64,000 bases of DNA. Source: Diplonema japonicum. Lineage: Eukaryota; Protista; Euglenozoa: Diplonemea. This document shows, piece after piece, positions 1 to 11,907 of the stretch. Location: contig OZ025737.1 in assembly GCA_964019335.1 (NCBI GenBank), forward strand, positions 248,001 to 312,000. Direction: 5' to 3'. Position numbers and translations under genes: made by a program. Numbering within the stretch: position 1 is the stretch's first letter; each line of letters opens with the position of its first letter. Under the pieces are notes generated by a model. It saw only the letters and a list, made by a program, of their open reading frames with translations. It did not search any database and had not been told where the DNA came from.

Positions 1-2509
1 CAGCCAGCGAGACCTGCCTATTGGCATCGCCTTCCGCGTCGTCGACCCGCCTCCTCAGCTGCTGCTGGTTCTTTGCCATCACAGCAAGCTCCCTTCGCAG
101 CTCCTCATTTACAGCCTGCAGTTCGATTACTGCATCCTGCCTCTCTTCTTGGGTGAGCTCCTTCACCATGTCTTTGATGCTCTTCATGCCTTCCGCCCTC
201 TTGACGATTTCCATTGCCATCACGATCTCGTCCATCTTCAACCTGTCGAGCACTTCTTGCCCGCCGCTGTCTTTCACAAGCAGCGCCAGTTTTGTGTCGA
301 GGATCTCGTTCTCTCCCTTGACCTGCCTCCGTCCAGCCTCCACCTCTGCAAGCTTCATCGTCACCTCGTCCCTCTCCTTTACGGCATCATCTAGCTTCAG
401 GCACAGTGTCTGGTACTGCTTGAACTGCGTCTTCGAAGCAGCCTCCCACTTCACTATTGTGTTTTTGAGTATCTCAATCTCGCCCTTTGTCTCCTGCCGC
501 ACGTCCATTTCTGTTATGTTGCGGGTCTCGAGCACTCTGTCCATCGCCAGACTGTGCTCTCTCTGCAGACCGACGTACTCTTCCCTCAGTCTTCTGTACT
601 GCTCTGATGAAGCTGTGGTGGCTTCGCATTGCAGCTTCAGACGCTCAATTTCAAGCTCCTGGTCGCGCACCGTGACCCGCGACTTCGAAAGATGAGTGGT
701 GAGGTTCTCCATCTCTTGCAACATGTCAAGATTGGTGCTATGCAGTCTGCTGGAACGCTCATCTAACTCGCGCGACTTGCTGTCTAGGATCACCAAGGCC
801 GCGTTCTTCTCCTTCAACGACAGTTGTAGTGCTTCCAAGGCTTCCATACGCGAAGACTCATTGTCATCCCACCTGCTGCGCTCTTTTCGTTGCCTGTCCA
901 TCACCTGCTCCATCTCCTCCCGCAGCCGCACTCTGTCCCTGTGTAGGATCTCGATCTCGTTGGATTGACTCTTCATGTCCTCCTCTGCTCGCGTCTTGGC
1001 TTTCACGGTGTAGTCCCTTTCGTTGATGATGAGGTCTCTTTCGTTGTACGCCATGTCCCTCCCCTTCACCGCTTCGTCCCTCTCCACGCTGCGTGCGATC
1101 ACGTCGTCTCGTAGTTCGTTGATGATGGCCTCCGACTGCACGAGCTTATCTTTGAGGGCGATCACAAGGCTTTCCAACTGGTGGATGATTGAGCTTTTTT
1201 CCTCGAGTGCGGTTTCCGACTGACAAAGTACCTCTTCTAGGGATGTGTGAAGCCGGGCGTTCGGTTCGGGCCGTCCTGTGTAAAGGGATTCAGGGGGGAA
1301 CTGGGGACCAAGAGTGTCGGAAGGGGGCTGCTTGAGGTTCGTGATGGTGACAGGGACGGCAGAGGGAGGGGCCGTGACGCGTACCCGTTTCAAGGCTGCA
1401 GGGACAGGCTCTTTCGTGGGGATGAGAGACGGGTGGAGAGGAGACGCAACCTTGGGCGATGTCTGAGTGTCGACCATGATTGTTGCCACACGTGGGGACG
1501 TGCCAATAGCAATGCTCTCCTGTGCAACACGTTCTAAGGGCGACACTGAGATGTCCGCCATGACGCCAACATCCATCGACACCACCTTCGGTGTCGTATT
1601 CTTGGAAGCTGAGTTGTCTTTCTTTGCTGCCCCACCGCTTTTCCCCAAATATCTGGGAAGGACTCCCCGACCCGACGTGCGTACTTTCTCTTTGAGCTTC
1701 GTGTTGTTGTCTTCTAGTCTTCTGTTTGTCTTTTTAAGGGTTTCTACTTTGCCTTGCAGCTCCTTGATGTACGCCTCGACGCCCTTGTCCTTCGTCAGGA
1801 AGGGTGCGGGGATGTTCTCCATCGCTGTTTTTTCTCCTTTTACAAGCCCTACCACTTTGGTAAACTGTCGCTTCATGTTTCGGTTGTCATCTTCAAGCTC
1901 GTTCTTCTCGTCTTTCAGGCAGCGGATCTCTTCTTTCATGCGGAGCGCCTCGTCTTCGAGTGTTTTTACATGGCGGTCGGCATCGGTGGTAGCCCATCCT
2001 CCCCCGGCAGCATGCACCCTGCGCATTGGTGACCCCTGTACAGTGATGTGACGAAGTAAGGAAGAAGAAGACAAAAGTAATGGCCAATAGGTCGATGGAT
2101 CGTAAAATCCATACTGGTGTGTGGTACAAACTCGAGTATGAGAGATTTTCTTTTTTTTTTCTTTCTTTTCTTTCCCCCGTTCTCACAGAGGTGTTTCACC
2201 GAGTCTATCACCCAGCAATGCTATTTTTATAATTTTCACAAGCAGCATATTGCTTGCTTTGGGTTCTTTAACGAGTGTGGTGCAGTGGGTGAAGGCTTCT
2301 TGCATGAACATTTCCAAGGCCGCCTGACCCTCCGATGCCGTACTTCTATAGTGATCTGTAAGGCAGTTCGCCTTTCGAGCGAATTCTTCGGTCTTCCGTA
2401 CAAGCAAACCCACACTGTCGTCCGCGGTGCAAAACGGTAGCTCTTGCAACCCGTCCTCCCACACAGGCATCCCTTCCAGAGCTGTTTCGTAGCCTTCCAG
2501 AGCTGTCAT
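1..2509 (-). CDS. Long coiled-coil protein, 3'-partial (runs off window start); exons 2509-2187, 2130-2115 (16-nt microexon), 2035-<1
   Basis: Open frame 2035->1 (GSPMRRVH...LEDEALRMKEEIRCLKDEK..., heptad-rich); absent from the ORF track because it has no stop in the window. Joined in frame to MTALEGYE...LGETPL through GT-AG introns 2186-2131 and 2114-2036. Confidence 0.75.
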
Positions 2510-2858
2510 GTTCCTTCGGAGAATAGGGCACGGTGCTTTAAAATAGAAGGGGAAAAAAAAAAAGGGAAGTGGTTGAGATAAGGGGAGAGGTAGGGGAGGG
2601 GTGAAGGACATTGTTTCATTGTGGTTTATACAAGTTTTTTTTAAAGTTTTTAAAAAAGAGCGCGCGATGCGCAAGTGTTGATTTAAGGGGGGGGGGGGGG
2701 AAACAGAAATAAAAAACCCTCTCTCTCTCCCCCCCCCACCGGAAAAAAAGAGAAATGCAGCGGTCATCGTTATTATTTTAAGGGTGATAGTACAAAGGTG
2801 AAACAGGGTGACAGTTTTCCCTTTTCCTTTTATTTCTTTTTTTTTCTCGCCCCTTCTG

Positions 2859-5350
2859 CTACGACGCAGCTTGGACATCAACAAGAAGGTTCGCGGCTGC
2901 TCGCTCTGCCTGGTCTCGGGCCTCTGTCGTTGAAACCACCTCTTCTATGAGTGACTCGGCTGCCGCCTCAGCTTGATCCCGTTGCTTGAGTGCATCTTTC
3001 AGTTGTAGTTCACATTCGTCCAATCTAATAATAATATACATGTCTTTTTCCCGACATACTTTTTCTGCCCACTCTGCCTATCCACTAAACCTTCTATAAG
3101 TTCCTCTGCGGCAGTCTCTGCCTGATCCCTTTGTGTTGTGGTTTCTCTCAGCTCGGTTTTCAAACTCTCATTTTCAGATTCCATCTTTTGCAGTCGGGCT
3201 GTTAGAGCCCCTACCTCAGCACTGCTGGCTTCAGCTTGCCTGAGGTCATTTTCCGCTTGGTTTCTCTGTGCTGTCAGCTCTCTTCTGTTCTTTTCAGCTT
3301 CTTGAAGCTCCTCCAGTATGCTTTCGGATGCTTCTTCTGCTTGGTCCCTTTGTGTTTTGACTTCTTGCAGCTCTGCCAACACATCCATTTCAGCAGTATT
3401 GGCCTTTTCCATCTCAACGATTTTTTCTTCAGCTTGTTGGAGTTCGTTTAGGTTTTGGTCCCGCTGTGCTTTGACTTCTCGCAGTTCTATGAGCAATGCA
3501 TCTGTTTCGGCAGTGTTGACCTTGGCCTTCTCTAGGTCAATGACCTTTGCTTCAGCTTGTTGGAGTTCGTTTAGCATTCTTTCTGATGCTTCTTCTGCTT
3601 GGTCCCGCTGTGCTTTGACTTCTCGCAACTCTATGAGCAATGCATCTGTTTCGGCAGTGTTGACCTTGGCCTTCTCTAGGTCAATGGCTTTTGCTTCAGC
3701 TTGTTGGAGTTCGTTTAGCATTCTTTCTGATGCTTCTTCTGCTTGGTCCCGCTGTGATTTGACTTCCCTTAGCTCAGTGAGTAACGAATCAGTTTCGGCA
3801 GTGTTGACCTTGGCCTTCTCTAGGTCAATGGCCTTTGCTTCAGCTTGTTGGAGTTCGTTTAGCATTCTTTCTGATGCTTCTTCTGCTTGGTCTCGCTGTG
3901 CTTTGACTTCTCGCAACTCTATGAGCAATGCATCTGTTTCGGCAGTGTTGACCTTGGTCTTTTCCAGCTCCCATGCTTCTTCTGCTCTGTCTCGCTGTGT
4001 TTTGACTTCCCGCAGCTCTGTTGTCAACAAATCGGTAGCGGTAACCTTGGCCTTCTCTAGTTCAACTGCATTTGCTTCAGCTTGTTGGAGTTCGTCGAAC
4101 ATTTTTCCCGATGCTTCTTCTGCTTGGTCCCGCTGTGCTTTGACTTCCCTTAGCTCTATGAGTAACGCATCAGTTTCGGCAGTGTTGACCTTGGCCTTCT
4201 CTAGGTCAATGGCTTTTGCTTCAGCTTGTTGGAGTTCGTTTAGCATTTTTTCTGATGCTTCTTCTGCTTGGTCCCGCTGTGCTTTGACTTCTCGCAACTC
4301 TATGAGCAATGCATCTGTTTCGGCCGTGTTGACCTTGGCCTTTTCCAGCTCAATGACCTTTGCTTCAGCTTGTTGGAGTTCGCGCAGCATCCTCCCTGAT
4401 GCTTCCTCCGCTTGGTCCCGCTGTGCTGTGATGGTGTCCATTTCATCATTGGCGGCATTGGCGGCGGGTTTGTTTCGCACCTCTGTGTTTAGCGATTCGA
4501 TCTTTGCCTCCGCCTGTTGGAGCTCGATGAGCATTTTTTCTGATGATTTCTCTGCTTGGTCCCTTTGCATGGAGACCTCTCTGAGGTTTGCCAGTGTTTT
4601 TTGCAGTTCTGCGATGATCGACTCCGAGGCGTCCTCTGCCTGGTCTCTCTGGTGTAGGGCCTCTCTTAAGGATGATGTGTTGCTGTTTTCGGCACACTTC
4701 AGTAATTTGATCCCCTCCTGTGCGAGGTGAAGCTCTGTGCGGAGTTTGGACTCCTCTGCCGTGTTGTCGGCCTGCTGTGGAGGAGACGGCATGTGGCGGG
4801 ATAAGGCCACCTCGCGTAATTCGTTTCTAAGCTTCGCAATGATGTTCCCGGCCTCGTCGAGGTTGTGCTTCTGCTGGGCCACCGTCTCTTCGGAGTTGGC
4901 CAGGCGTTCTTCAAGTTGTCGGTTTGGCGAGGTCCTCTCTGCGATTAGATTGTCAGCGCTCTTCACGAGAAGATTATCGTTAATACCCTTCAGCTCAGCG
5001 TAGTCTCGGTGTAGGCTTGCCAGTGCTGTCTCGAGCTGCATGACCCTCCGCAGAGCAGATTCGGCATCTGGCGATGAACTGAGCTGCCTGACGCCGTCTA
5101 CCTTTGCAATATCGCGTATCGGGGATCCACCTTTGGCGGGGCGTTGTGGGGACAGGTATTTGCACTGGTTCCCGTCTACTTTGCTCTTGACGCTGCTTGG
5201 CGGAAGCGGTGATGTAACGACAGCTTTTGCCACCGGTGTTCCCGGGTTGTAGAGCGGCGCGCCTGCCCATGACGAACTGTATCCTTTGGGGCTCCCTCCC
5301 AGAGAGGCCCTTGCCAGGATGCTGCTTTTAAACGATGAACGCTCCGCCAT
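2859..5350 (-). CDS. Coiled-coil repeat protein (~818 aa) with 48-aa tandem repeats; one 35-nt intron (3059-3025)
   Basis: ATG at 5350 (MAERSSFK). The GTATGT...ATTAG intron joins ORF 2999..5530 to ORF 2859..3041, which continues the QRDQAE motif. Confidence 0.8.
3457..4425 (-). repeat. Coding tandem repeat, 144-bp/48-aa unit (QRDQAEEASERMLNELQQAEAKAIDLEKAKVNTAETDALLIELREVKA), about 7 copies, some internally deleted
   Basis: GGTC(C/T)CGCTGTG recurs at 3457, 3601, 3745 and 3889 (exact 144 spacing), with further copies to ~4420. Confidence 0.95.
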
Positions 5351-5526
5351 TTCTCCCTCACCCCAACCTCTATTTTTTCCTCCACAAATGAGAAATAGAA
5401 TTTTTAAAAAACAGGGGAACAGAAAGAAAAAGAAGAAAAAAAAAAAGAAGAAAAAAAACCTTTTGAAAAAAAGGGGGAGGGGTTTTATTTCTTTTTTTTT
5501 TTTTGTGTTTGTGTTTGTCTTCTCCT

Positions 5527-7086
5527 TCAAAACTGAAGATACGCGTTTCTCTCCACTCGCGTCGGGTGGACGATGGAGACAGCGTGCTGCTGGAACATTT
5601 TACAGTCGGAGGCTTGCCGCAGTTTCTTTTTTTTTTGCCGTTTTCGATTCGCATCGACTGCCGCGAGCATTCGTGTTAAGTGGCTTGGGGTCGTGCTGGG
5701 TCGGCAGAGGGACTGGTTAGCTCTGGACATAGAAGGTTCCAAAGGGACGGAAAACGGGAGGCAATCGAGAAATTTGTCGATTCGGGTGGCGAACGTCAGA
5801 TTTTGAACGTGGGACAGATCCGTGGATGAGATGACCTTTCTTTGAAGGACCGCTCTCTTCGAATTTTGCACCACGCCTTGCCGAGGCTTCATGAGCTGCG
5901 AGAACGACGGCCGGTGATTGGACGAAATGGTAACACCGACGTCCTTGTCGCCAAGCCGTGCTGCAACCCTCCACGACAAGAGCGAAACATTCCCCGATCC
6001 CAACACAATATTCTCGTTCAGAAGAATGAACAATCTTCTTGCGCATGGGTCGGCCAGCAGCCTCAACGTGTCGCCGTTCTTCAATGCTGGAGCGTCGCGA
6101 AGCCGCGTCCCACCTTCTTGTATAAACCCACCACCACAACCACCTACCTTCCATGATGAATAGATAATTCCGTTTTCTAAATTCGTTGCTTCTGATATTC
6201 CGATGTGAATGTCACTAGGGTCTCCTAAAATTAGACAGGAGAATTCTGTAGGGGTTGTGAAGGGTTTGGTGAAGCAAACACCTGAGTCTTGTATCGTGGT
6301 GGAGGTGATTCTCATCGCGGTTTTCCTGTCAGCGAGGAGCTTCACTGCATGATCGTGACGGGACCATCTGAAACAGTTTTGTTCGGCCAGCATTGGGACG
6401 AGCTTGCATTTCAATGCTTCGTTAGATGGTGGGGCGGTTTTCAAACGGGGCTGCTTTTTTCCGGGTTTTTTCAGAACGGTTTCTTTGAATCCGGACGGGA
6501 TGTCGTTTAACGCCTGCTGGACCCTCTCGATCTGGTGGGGGATAGGTTGCAGCTTTTCAGAGATTTTTCTCTGTTGTATCCCTCTGGGTGACATTTTTGA
6601 CAACGCGCCTTTCCAACGGTGTGATGGCGACGCGGGGTCTGGCTTTCTTATTATTGGGTTTTTGGGTTCCGGCAATGCTCCTAGTCCTTCCACAGGGTCC
6701 TTGTCTAAGCAATTCAAAAAATGGTCGTTTTCAGCTTGTTCTGTATCGAGATCTAGTTTCATATTTAACTCCGAAGATGAGGACACCCCGTAGCTGTTTA
6801 GTATTTCCATCGCTTCGTTCTCCTTGAAGGATACTGTCTCGTCGCTCCGAGTGCAGAACACCTCCTTGCATTGGTTTGCGACAGTCTGGAACACCTTGAG
6901 CCCCATCGTGTCTCCTTCTGCCCATTGCTCTAAAGGGATGTCTGTTAGTACTTTCTCGAATTCTTCGGTTTGCAGGTTGATTTTCGCGCGTTGCAGGCAG
7001 CTTCGGAGGGACCACTTGTTGTCTATAGCCCCGCCTCCTTCGTATACTTTCACCAGCTCACAGAGTTCGGTTTCTGTTAACTGCAT
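5527..7086 (-). CDS. Hypothetical protein with a probable SPRY/B30.2-like domain and a degenerate EF-hand-like N-terminus
   Basis: ATG at 7086 after a poly-A run. Beta-rich segment ...IHIGISE...LKNGDTLRLLAD...RLFILLNE... resembles SPRY. Confidence 0.55.
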   Translation of the reverse strand: MQLTETELCELVKVYEGGGAIDNKWSLRSCLQRAKINLQTEEFEKVLTDIPLEQWAEGDTMGLKVFQTVANQCKEVFCTRSDETVSFKENEAMEILNSYGVSSSSELNMKLDLDTEQAENDHFLNCLDKDPVEGLGALPEPKNPIIRKPDPASPSHRWKGALSKMSPRGIQQRKISEKLQPIPHQIERVQQALNDIPSGFKETVLKKPGKKQPRLKTAPPSNEALKCKLVPMLAEQNCFRWSRHDHAVKLLADRKTAMRITSTTIQDSGVCFTKPFTTPTEFSCLILGDPSDIHIGISEATNLENGIIYSSWKVGGCGGGFIQEGGTRLRDAPALKNGDTLRLLADPCARRLFILLNENIVLGSGNVSLLSWRVAARLGDKDVGVTISSNHRPSFSQLMKPRQGVVQNSKRAVLQRKVISSTDLSHVQNLTFATRIDKFLDCLPFSVPLEPSMSRANQSLCRPSTTPSHLTRMLAAVDANRKRQKKKKLRQASDCKMFQQHAVSIVHPTRVERNAYLQF

Positions 7087-9243
7087 TTTTTTTTTTTCTT
7101 TCTCCCTCCCCTCCCCTCCCCACTCCTCTCCAAGAGGCTGGGCTGTACGGCGGGGGGGTGACAAAAAAAAAAGGAAAAAAAAACATTTCTTTTACCCATA
7201 ATGGAACCGGAACTGCAGAAAGAAAAAGAGATACGGGGGGGGGGGGGGAAGGGAGGTTCTGTCAGCTCTTGGGGGGGGGGGGGGGGGGGGCAAACAAACC
7301 ATATCCGTATTGTTTGATACAGAAAGCAGGAAAAAAAAGGAACAGCGGTGTCCTTTATGGGGGTTTTAAAAAAAAAAGGATAGGGGGAAAAAAAAAAAAA
7401 ACATACCAGTAAAGAAGAAGAAGAAAAGGCTAGCAGACGGAAATAAAAAGTTTTTTTTTTTCACTTGGGGGGAAGACAAACAAGGAAGGGGGAGAAAATT
7501 GGGAATGGGGAGCGGGGGAAGAGTAGGTGTAAGGAGGAAAACTGAGGCTGCGATAGCTTACTAAAATATAGTCCCCCGGAAAAAAAAGTAAAAATTTGCA
7601 TATCTCTAAAAAGCCCACATCAAACTTTCTCTAAGGGGGTACACAGGGGACTTTTTTTTTTTCAAATCATCTTCCAAAAAAGAAATCCATATTTCAAAAC
7701 AATAGATTTGGCCTCTCTCCCTTTTTTTTGTCCTCTCTTTTTCCCCCCCTCCCTTTTTCACCCCCTTCCTTTTTTTTTTTTTTTTTTTTTTTTTCCCCCT
7801 CTGCCCGAAAGAACTTAAACACGGAATAAAAAGAGTTGGCTTTGTTGGTGTGCAAAGGTTCGGCACCTTCGAACTCTTTTTCAACAAATCATTGTCAATA
7901 CCCCCCCCCTTTTTTTTTAAAGACGAAACACAGTGTAAGATTTTTGAGAGTAAGTTTGCAAGTAAGTTACTTGAAGGCGTTACTTTCCTGTTTCGTATCA
8001 AGCTGCTCCCCCCCCTCCCACAGTTTTTTTTTTCTGAAAAAAAAAGAAGAAGAAAAAAAAAAGAGATGAGATAAAGGAGGTTCCTGTCTTGGAACGTCCT
8101 TGTCTCTACTTATCTACCCCTTTCTCCCTTCTGGGGTCTCGACCTTTCTTTCTTTTTCGGCTGTGTTGCAAACTGGCCTTCTGTGCCATCCCAGACTCTT
8201 CTTCGCACCTACCGGATTCACTTTAGGAGGCCGTGGAAATTCCGTGCCTTTTTCCGTATCATGAGTTCCTGTGGTGACCGTCGTCTTCCTCAGTCCGTCG
8301 TACTAATTCAGCTTCCGCTCACGTGTTTCAATATAAAAAAAAAAAAAAAAAAAAATAATAAAAAAAACCTAAGCCTGGTATACACCTCCCGTTTGTTGAG
8401 GATCACTTAAATCGTAAACTATTCTGGTCGCTACATTGTTACAGGTTACGGCAACGGAGCAAAAAGATTTTTTTTTTTTAATAAAAAAAAAAAAAAAAAA
8501 AAGAATGAAGGGGAAGTAAGACAAACCAGAAGAAAGAAGACATACCAGCGAGAAGAAGAATGGGAAGGAAAAAAAAAAAAAAAAAGAAAAAAACATGACA
8601 AGTTACGGCTCATATAAGGTCTCTAAAGTGTCCCGAGATCCCCTCCCCGTGCATGGGGGTGCTCACAAGCTTCAAAAAGATTCTTTAAAAAAAAAAAAAA
8701 AAGATTGTCACCGAACAACCTTTTTCATTGAAATCACATTTTAGAGATATGAGGCAAACAAAGAGGACTGTGGGGGCTAAGGCGCCATCGCTTTGACACA
8801 GATAAAGGGTGCCAATTACACGGGAGAGACTGCTTCTACTCTCTCTCTCTCTCTCTTTTTTTTTTTTTTTNNNNNNNNNNNNNNNNNNNNNNNNNNNNNN
8901 NNNNNNNNNNNNNNNNNNNNNNNNNNNNNNNNNNNNNNNNNNNNNNNNNNNNNNNNNNNNNNNNNNNNNNNNNNNNNNNNNNNNNNNNNNNNNNNNNNNN
9001 NNNNNNNNNNNNNNNNNNNNNNNNNNNNNNNNNNNNNNNNNNNNNNNNNNNNNNNNNNNNNNNNNNNNNNAAAACCAACAATCATATTTCTTTTGCAGGG
9101 AATATACCATTTTTTTTCACCCATTTTCCTCTCCCACATTAATACCCCCCCCCCCTCCCCCCCTATTCCCTTCGAAGTCTAAACAAAAAAAGGAGGGGAG
9201 GGAGGACGAGGGGAAGAAAGAAAAAAAAAGAAAAGAACCGAAG
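7087..9243. promoter_or_regulatory. Divergent strand-switch region between the minus- and plus-strand gene clusters (candidate Pol II initiation region)
   Basis: All real genes to the left are minus-strand and all to the right are plus-strand. Function is inferred by analogy with kinetoplastid divergent strand-switch regions. Confidence 0.5.
8871..9070. other. Assembly gap (200 N)
   Basis: Run of n. Confidence 1.
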
Positions 9244-10986
9244 ATGCCTGGGGGCGAACTCTCAAGAAAGCTGTCTGTAGAGACAGGGGTATCAAAAGAT
9301 GCGGTTGAGGCACTGGAGGAAGTCGGGATCGATCAGACAAGGCTACGCATGGCCATCGCAGAGGTGGACGATCAAGGAGACGGGGAGCTAGAGTTGTACG
9401 AGTTCCGAGAATTTTGGGGTTTAGTGTTCCCTCAACGACCTATGACGGAAAGCGCGTGGAAGTATACAGAAACAATGTTCCGAGAGATCGACAAGGACGG
9501 GAGCAACAAGGTTTCGTTTGTGGAAATCGTGGATTTCTTAGAATCATCTTTGAAACACGAGCAGATGCGGTCCAAACGCCCTTCGAATTTAAAAGTATGG
9601 TGCTGGCTGTTCTGCGGAAACGGTATGGCGAAGAAAATACAAAAAAAAAAATTAAAAAAAAAAAAAGGCCCCACCGCTTGGTTAACCAAAAAAGACGGCT
9701 GCATACGGGCCATCATCATCCTGATCAGAACGCTGGAAATCGTGGTGACAATCGTCGCGGTCTGCGTCATGATGGTCGAGACGCTCCCCGAGCACCAGTT
9801 CAACAGCGAAGGGAAGAACCTACAAGGCACCCACACAACACACATCATAGAAGGCTGCTGCGTAGGCTACTTCGTCCTACACTTGATATGCTACACAATC
9901 GGGTACCCCAGCACAGTCGTCACCGACGACATGGAGGAAAGCCCCGGTATGACCGAAGACGGTGTCGAAAACGGAGTAATGAAGAAAAAAGTTACCAGGG
10001 TGTGGAACTACTTCCACGATTGGGAGACGTGGGTGAACCTGTTCTCGGTGATCCCTTATGTGGTGTACCTTTCTACCGATGAAGCGACGTTTTTATCAGC
10101 ATTGACAGCTCTGCGGCTGTCAAGAGTGCTGCGTGTTCTTCGTTTAGTCCAGCTCTACGGCGGGACAAAGAGCAAGGTCCCCGAGCTCGGGCCTGCATTG
10201 GTGAAGTCTTTGATGTCGTTGTGGTTTTTGTTCCTGCTGATCGTGATATCCATGTGCCTGTCGGCGTCGTTTCTGTTCTTCGCGGAACAAGACGAAGCTA
10301 CCTTCGTGTACTCCAAACAGCTTTGGTTCCGAGACAACAACAGCATATATGTCGATGCTGGTAATAGGATCGATTTCCAGTCCATTCCGGAAGCCCTGTG
10401 GTGGTCCATCGTAACCCTCACCACGGTTGGGTACGGAGACACATCGCCAAAAACGATTGGCGGGAAAATCATCGCTGTCTTGACAATGTTCGGAGGGTTG
10501 ATTGTAGTGGGGTACCCGATTACCATATTGACAGGGACCTTTCAAATGATGGAGATCGAGAGGATTGAACGGGAAGACAGGTTGGAACGGCATCGTGAAC
10601 TGTACGAGGGCATCCGAAGCTGGGTTATCTCCGCGGAACTCGAGCATATCAAAACATCAAGGGAGCTTTTGTGTAAGTCGGACCGTGCTGTGAACCGGGA
10701 CATGTCCACTAAGAACGAGGCGCGGAAGGAGTTCTTGCTTGACCTTGTTGTGCAGATTGAGCAGAGGCTGGCGTCGAAGTTTTCTACTATTGAGAAAAAG
10801 ATACAGCAGCTCGAAAGCAAAAAGCGGGTCCAGAAGAAAGCGGAGAGGGAGCGACGCAAGCAATCTGTCGCTGGCTCTGAAGTCGCATCTCCAACCACCA
10901 CTTCCGTTACCGCTACCGCCCCTGACCAGGATCCTGCAGCCCCTCCTCCCAATGTTCCGAAATTAACCATCCCCAAACTTGGGTAA
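9244..10986 (+). CDS. Voltage-gated K+ channel (6TM, Kv-like) with two N-terminal EF-hands; probable 45-nt in-frame intron 9623-9667
   Basis: Filter TTVGYGD, pore helix FQSIPEALWWSIVT, S4 LRLSRVLRVLRL, EF loops DDQGDGELELYE and DKDGSNKVSFVE. Confidence 0.92.
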   Translation: MPGGELSRKLSVETGVSKDAVEALEEVGIDQTRLRMAIAEVDDQGDGELELYEFREFWGLVFPQRPMTESAWKYTETMFREIDKDGSNKVSFVEIVDFLESSLKHEQMRSKRPSNLKVWCWLFCGNGMAKKIQKKKLKKKKGPTAWLTKKDGCIRAIIILIRTLEIVVTIVAVCVMMVETLPEHQFNSEGKNLQGTHTTHIIEGCCVGYFVLHLICYTIGYPSTVVTDDMEESPGMTEDGVENGVMKKKVTRVWNYFHDWETWVNLFSVIPYVVYLSTDEATFLSALTALRLSRVLRVLRLVQLYGGTKSKVPELGPALVKSLMSLWFLFLLIVISMCLSASFLFFAEQDEATFVYSKQLWFRDNNSIYVDAGNRIDFQSIPEALWWSIVTLTTVGYGDTSPKTIGGKIIAVLTMFGGLIVVGYPITILTGTFQMMEIERIEREDRLERHRELYEGIRSWVISAELEHIKTSRELLCKSDRAVNRDMSTKNEARKEFLLDLVVQIEQRLASKFSTIEKKIQQLESKKRVQKKAERERRKQSVAGSEVASPTTTSVTATAPDQDPAAPPPNVPKLTIPKLG

Positions 10987-11332
10987 AACTTTTTTTTCTT
11001 TTATAGTGTTTGTACCTCCCCCTCCCCCCCCCCATTGTGATTGTATGCAACACATATCTCTCGCATTATTTTTTATGTAACAATCTAGTCCCCCCCCCCC
11101 CCCCCCCCCCGTAATTGGACTTCAAAAAAAAAGGTTGTGAATTTGAAAAAAAAAGTGCTTCGGAAAAAGAGAGAAAAAAGAAATAGTTTTTCCCTTTCCT
11201 ATAGAAGGAAGCAGAAAGCAAAAAAGAAAGTAGAATCGGCGCCCTCGGTGTGTCGTTGCAAACGCACCTTCTCCCTTCCCCTTTTCCCCCGACCACTACC
11301 ACCGTGCTGAATATCTATCTTTCACTATATAC

Positions 11333-11335
<3 letters not shown>

Positions 11336-11374
<39 letters not shown>
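11336..11374. repeat. (CT)n microsatellite
   Basis: Pure CT dinucleotide run. Confidence 0.95.
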
Positions 11375-11377
<3 letters not shown>

Positions 11378-11730
11378 TGCATCCTGCGTCTTCGGCAGCA
11401 AATCGAGAGATATTCCCATTCACTTCCTCCTCCAGCCTTTGCCTCTCCCTCCATTCATCGCGCATGTACATATGGAAGGCTGCCCCCGTAATAGAAAAAA
11501 GAAAAAAAAAAAAGAAAATGAGAGGGAGATCGTCACTTGCTTTGTAGTGTTGACTTTTCATGCTTTTCTTCTTCTTTTTTTTTTTCCCCCCGTGTTGTAG
11601 TTTGTCGTGTTGAGCAAGAAGAAAAGCGTGCCTTCGCTATGTCAGATCCTCCTTCTCTTTTCGTTGCTTTTTTGCGATGGAAACGAAAAAAAAAAAAAAA
11701 AAAAAAAAAGAGCAAAACACAAAAAGAAAT

Positions 11731-11770
<40 letters not shown>

Positions 11771-11907
11771 CCCCCTTCCCCCCCTCCACTTTGTTCTGGT
11801 AGCTTCTGTCGGCACAGTTCTTACATCTGTTCTTTGTTTCTACTTTTTTTTCTTTTCTTTGTCATCTTTAAGTCTAATTCATGCAAGGAGGGGAGGAAGG
11901 GTGAACG

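Noticed and set aside
8809-9243. N-terminal extension of the K+ channel ORF, and other ORFs through the N gap
   Set aside because: Artefact of reading through Ns and low-complexity DNA; the first credible ATG is 9244.
7087-9243. Spliced-leader RNA, tRNA or snRNA genes in the strand-switch region
   Set aside because: Only a ~9-nt chance resemblance to an SL sequence near 8407; no cloverleaf or A/B boxes recognised by eye (tRNAscan-SE/Infernal would settle it).
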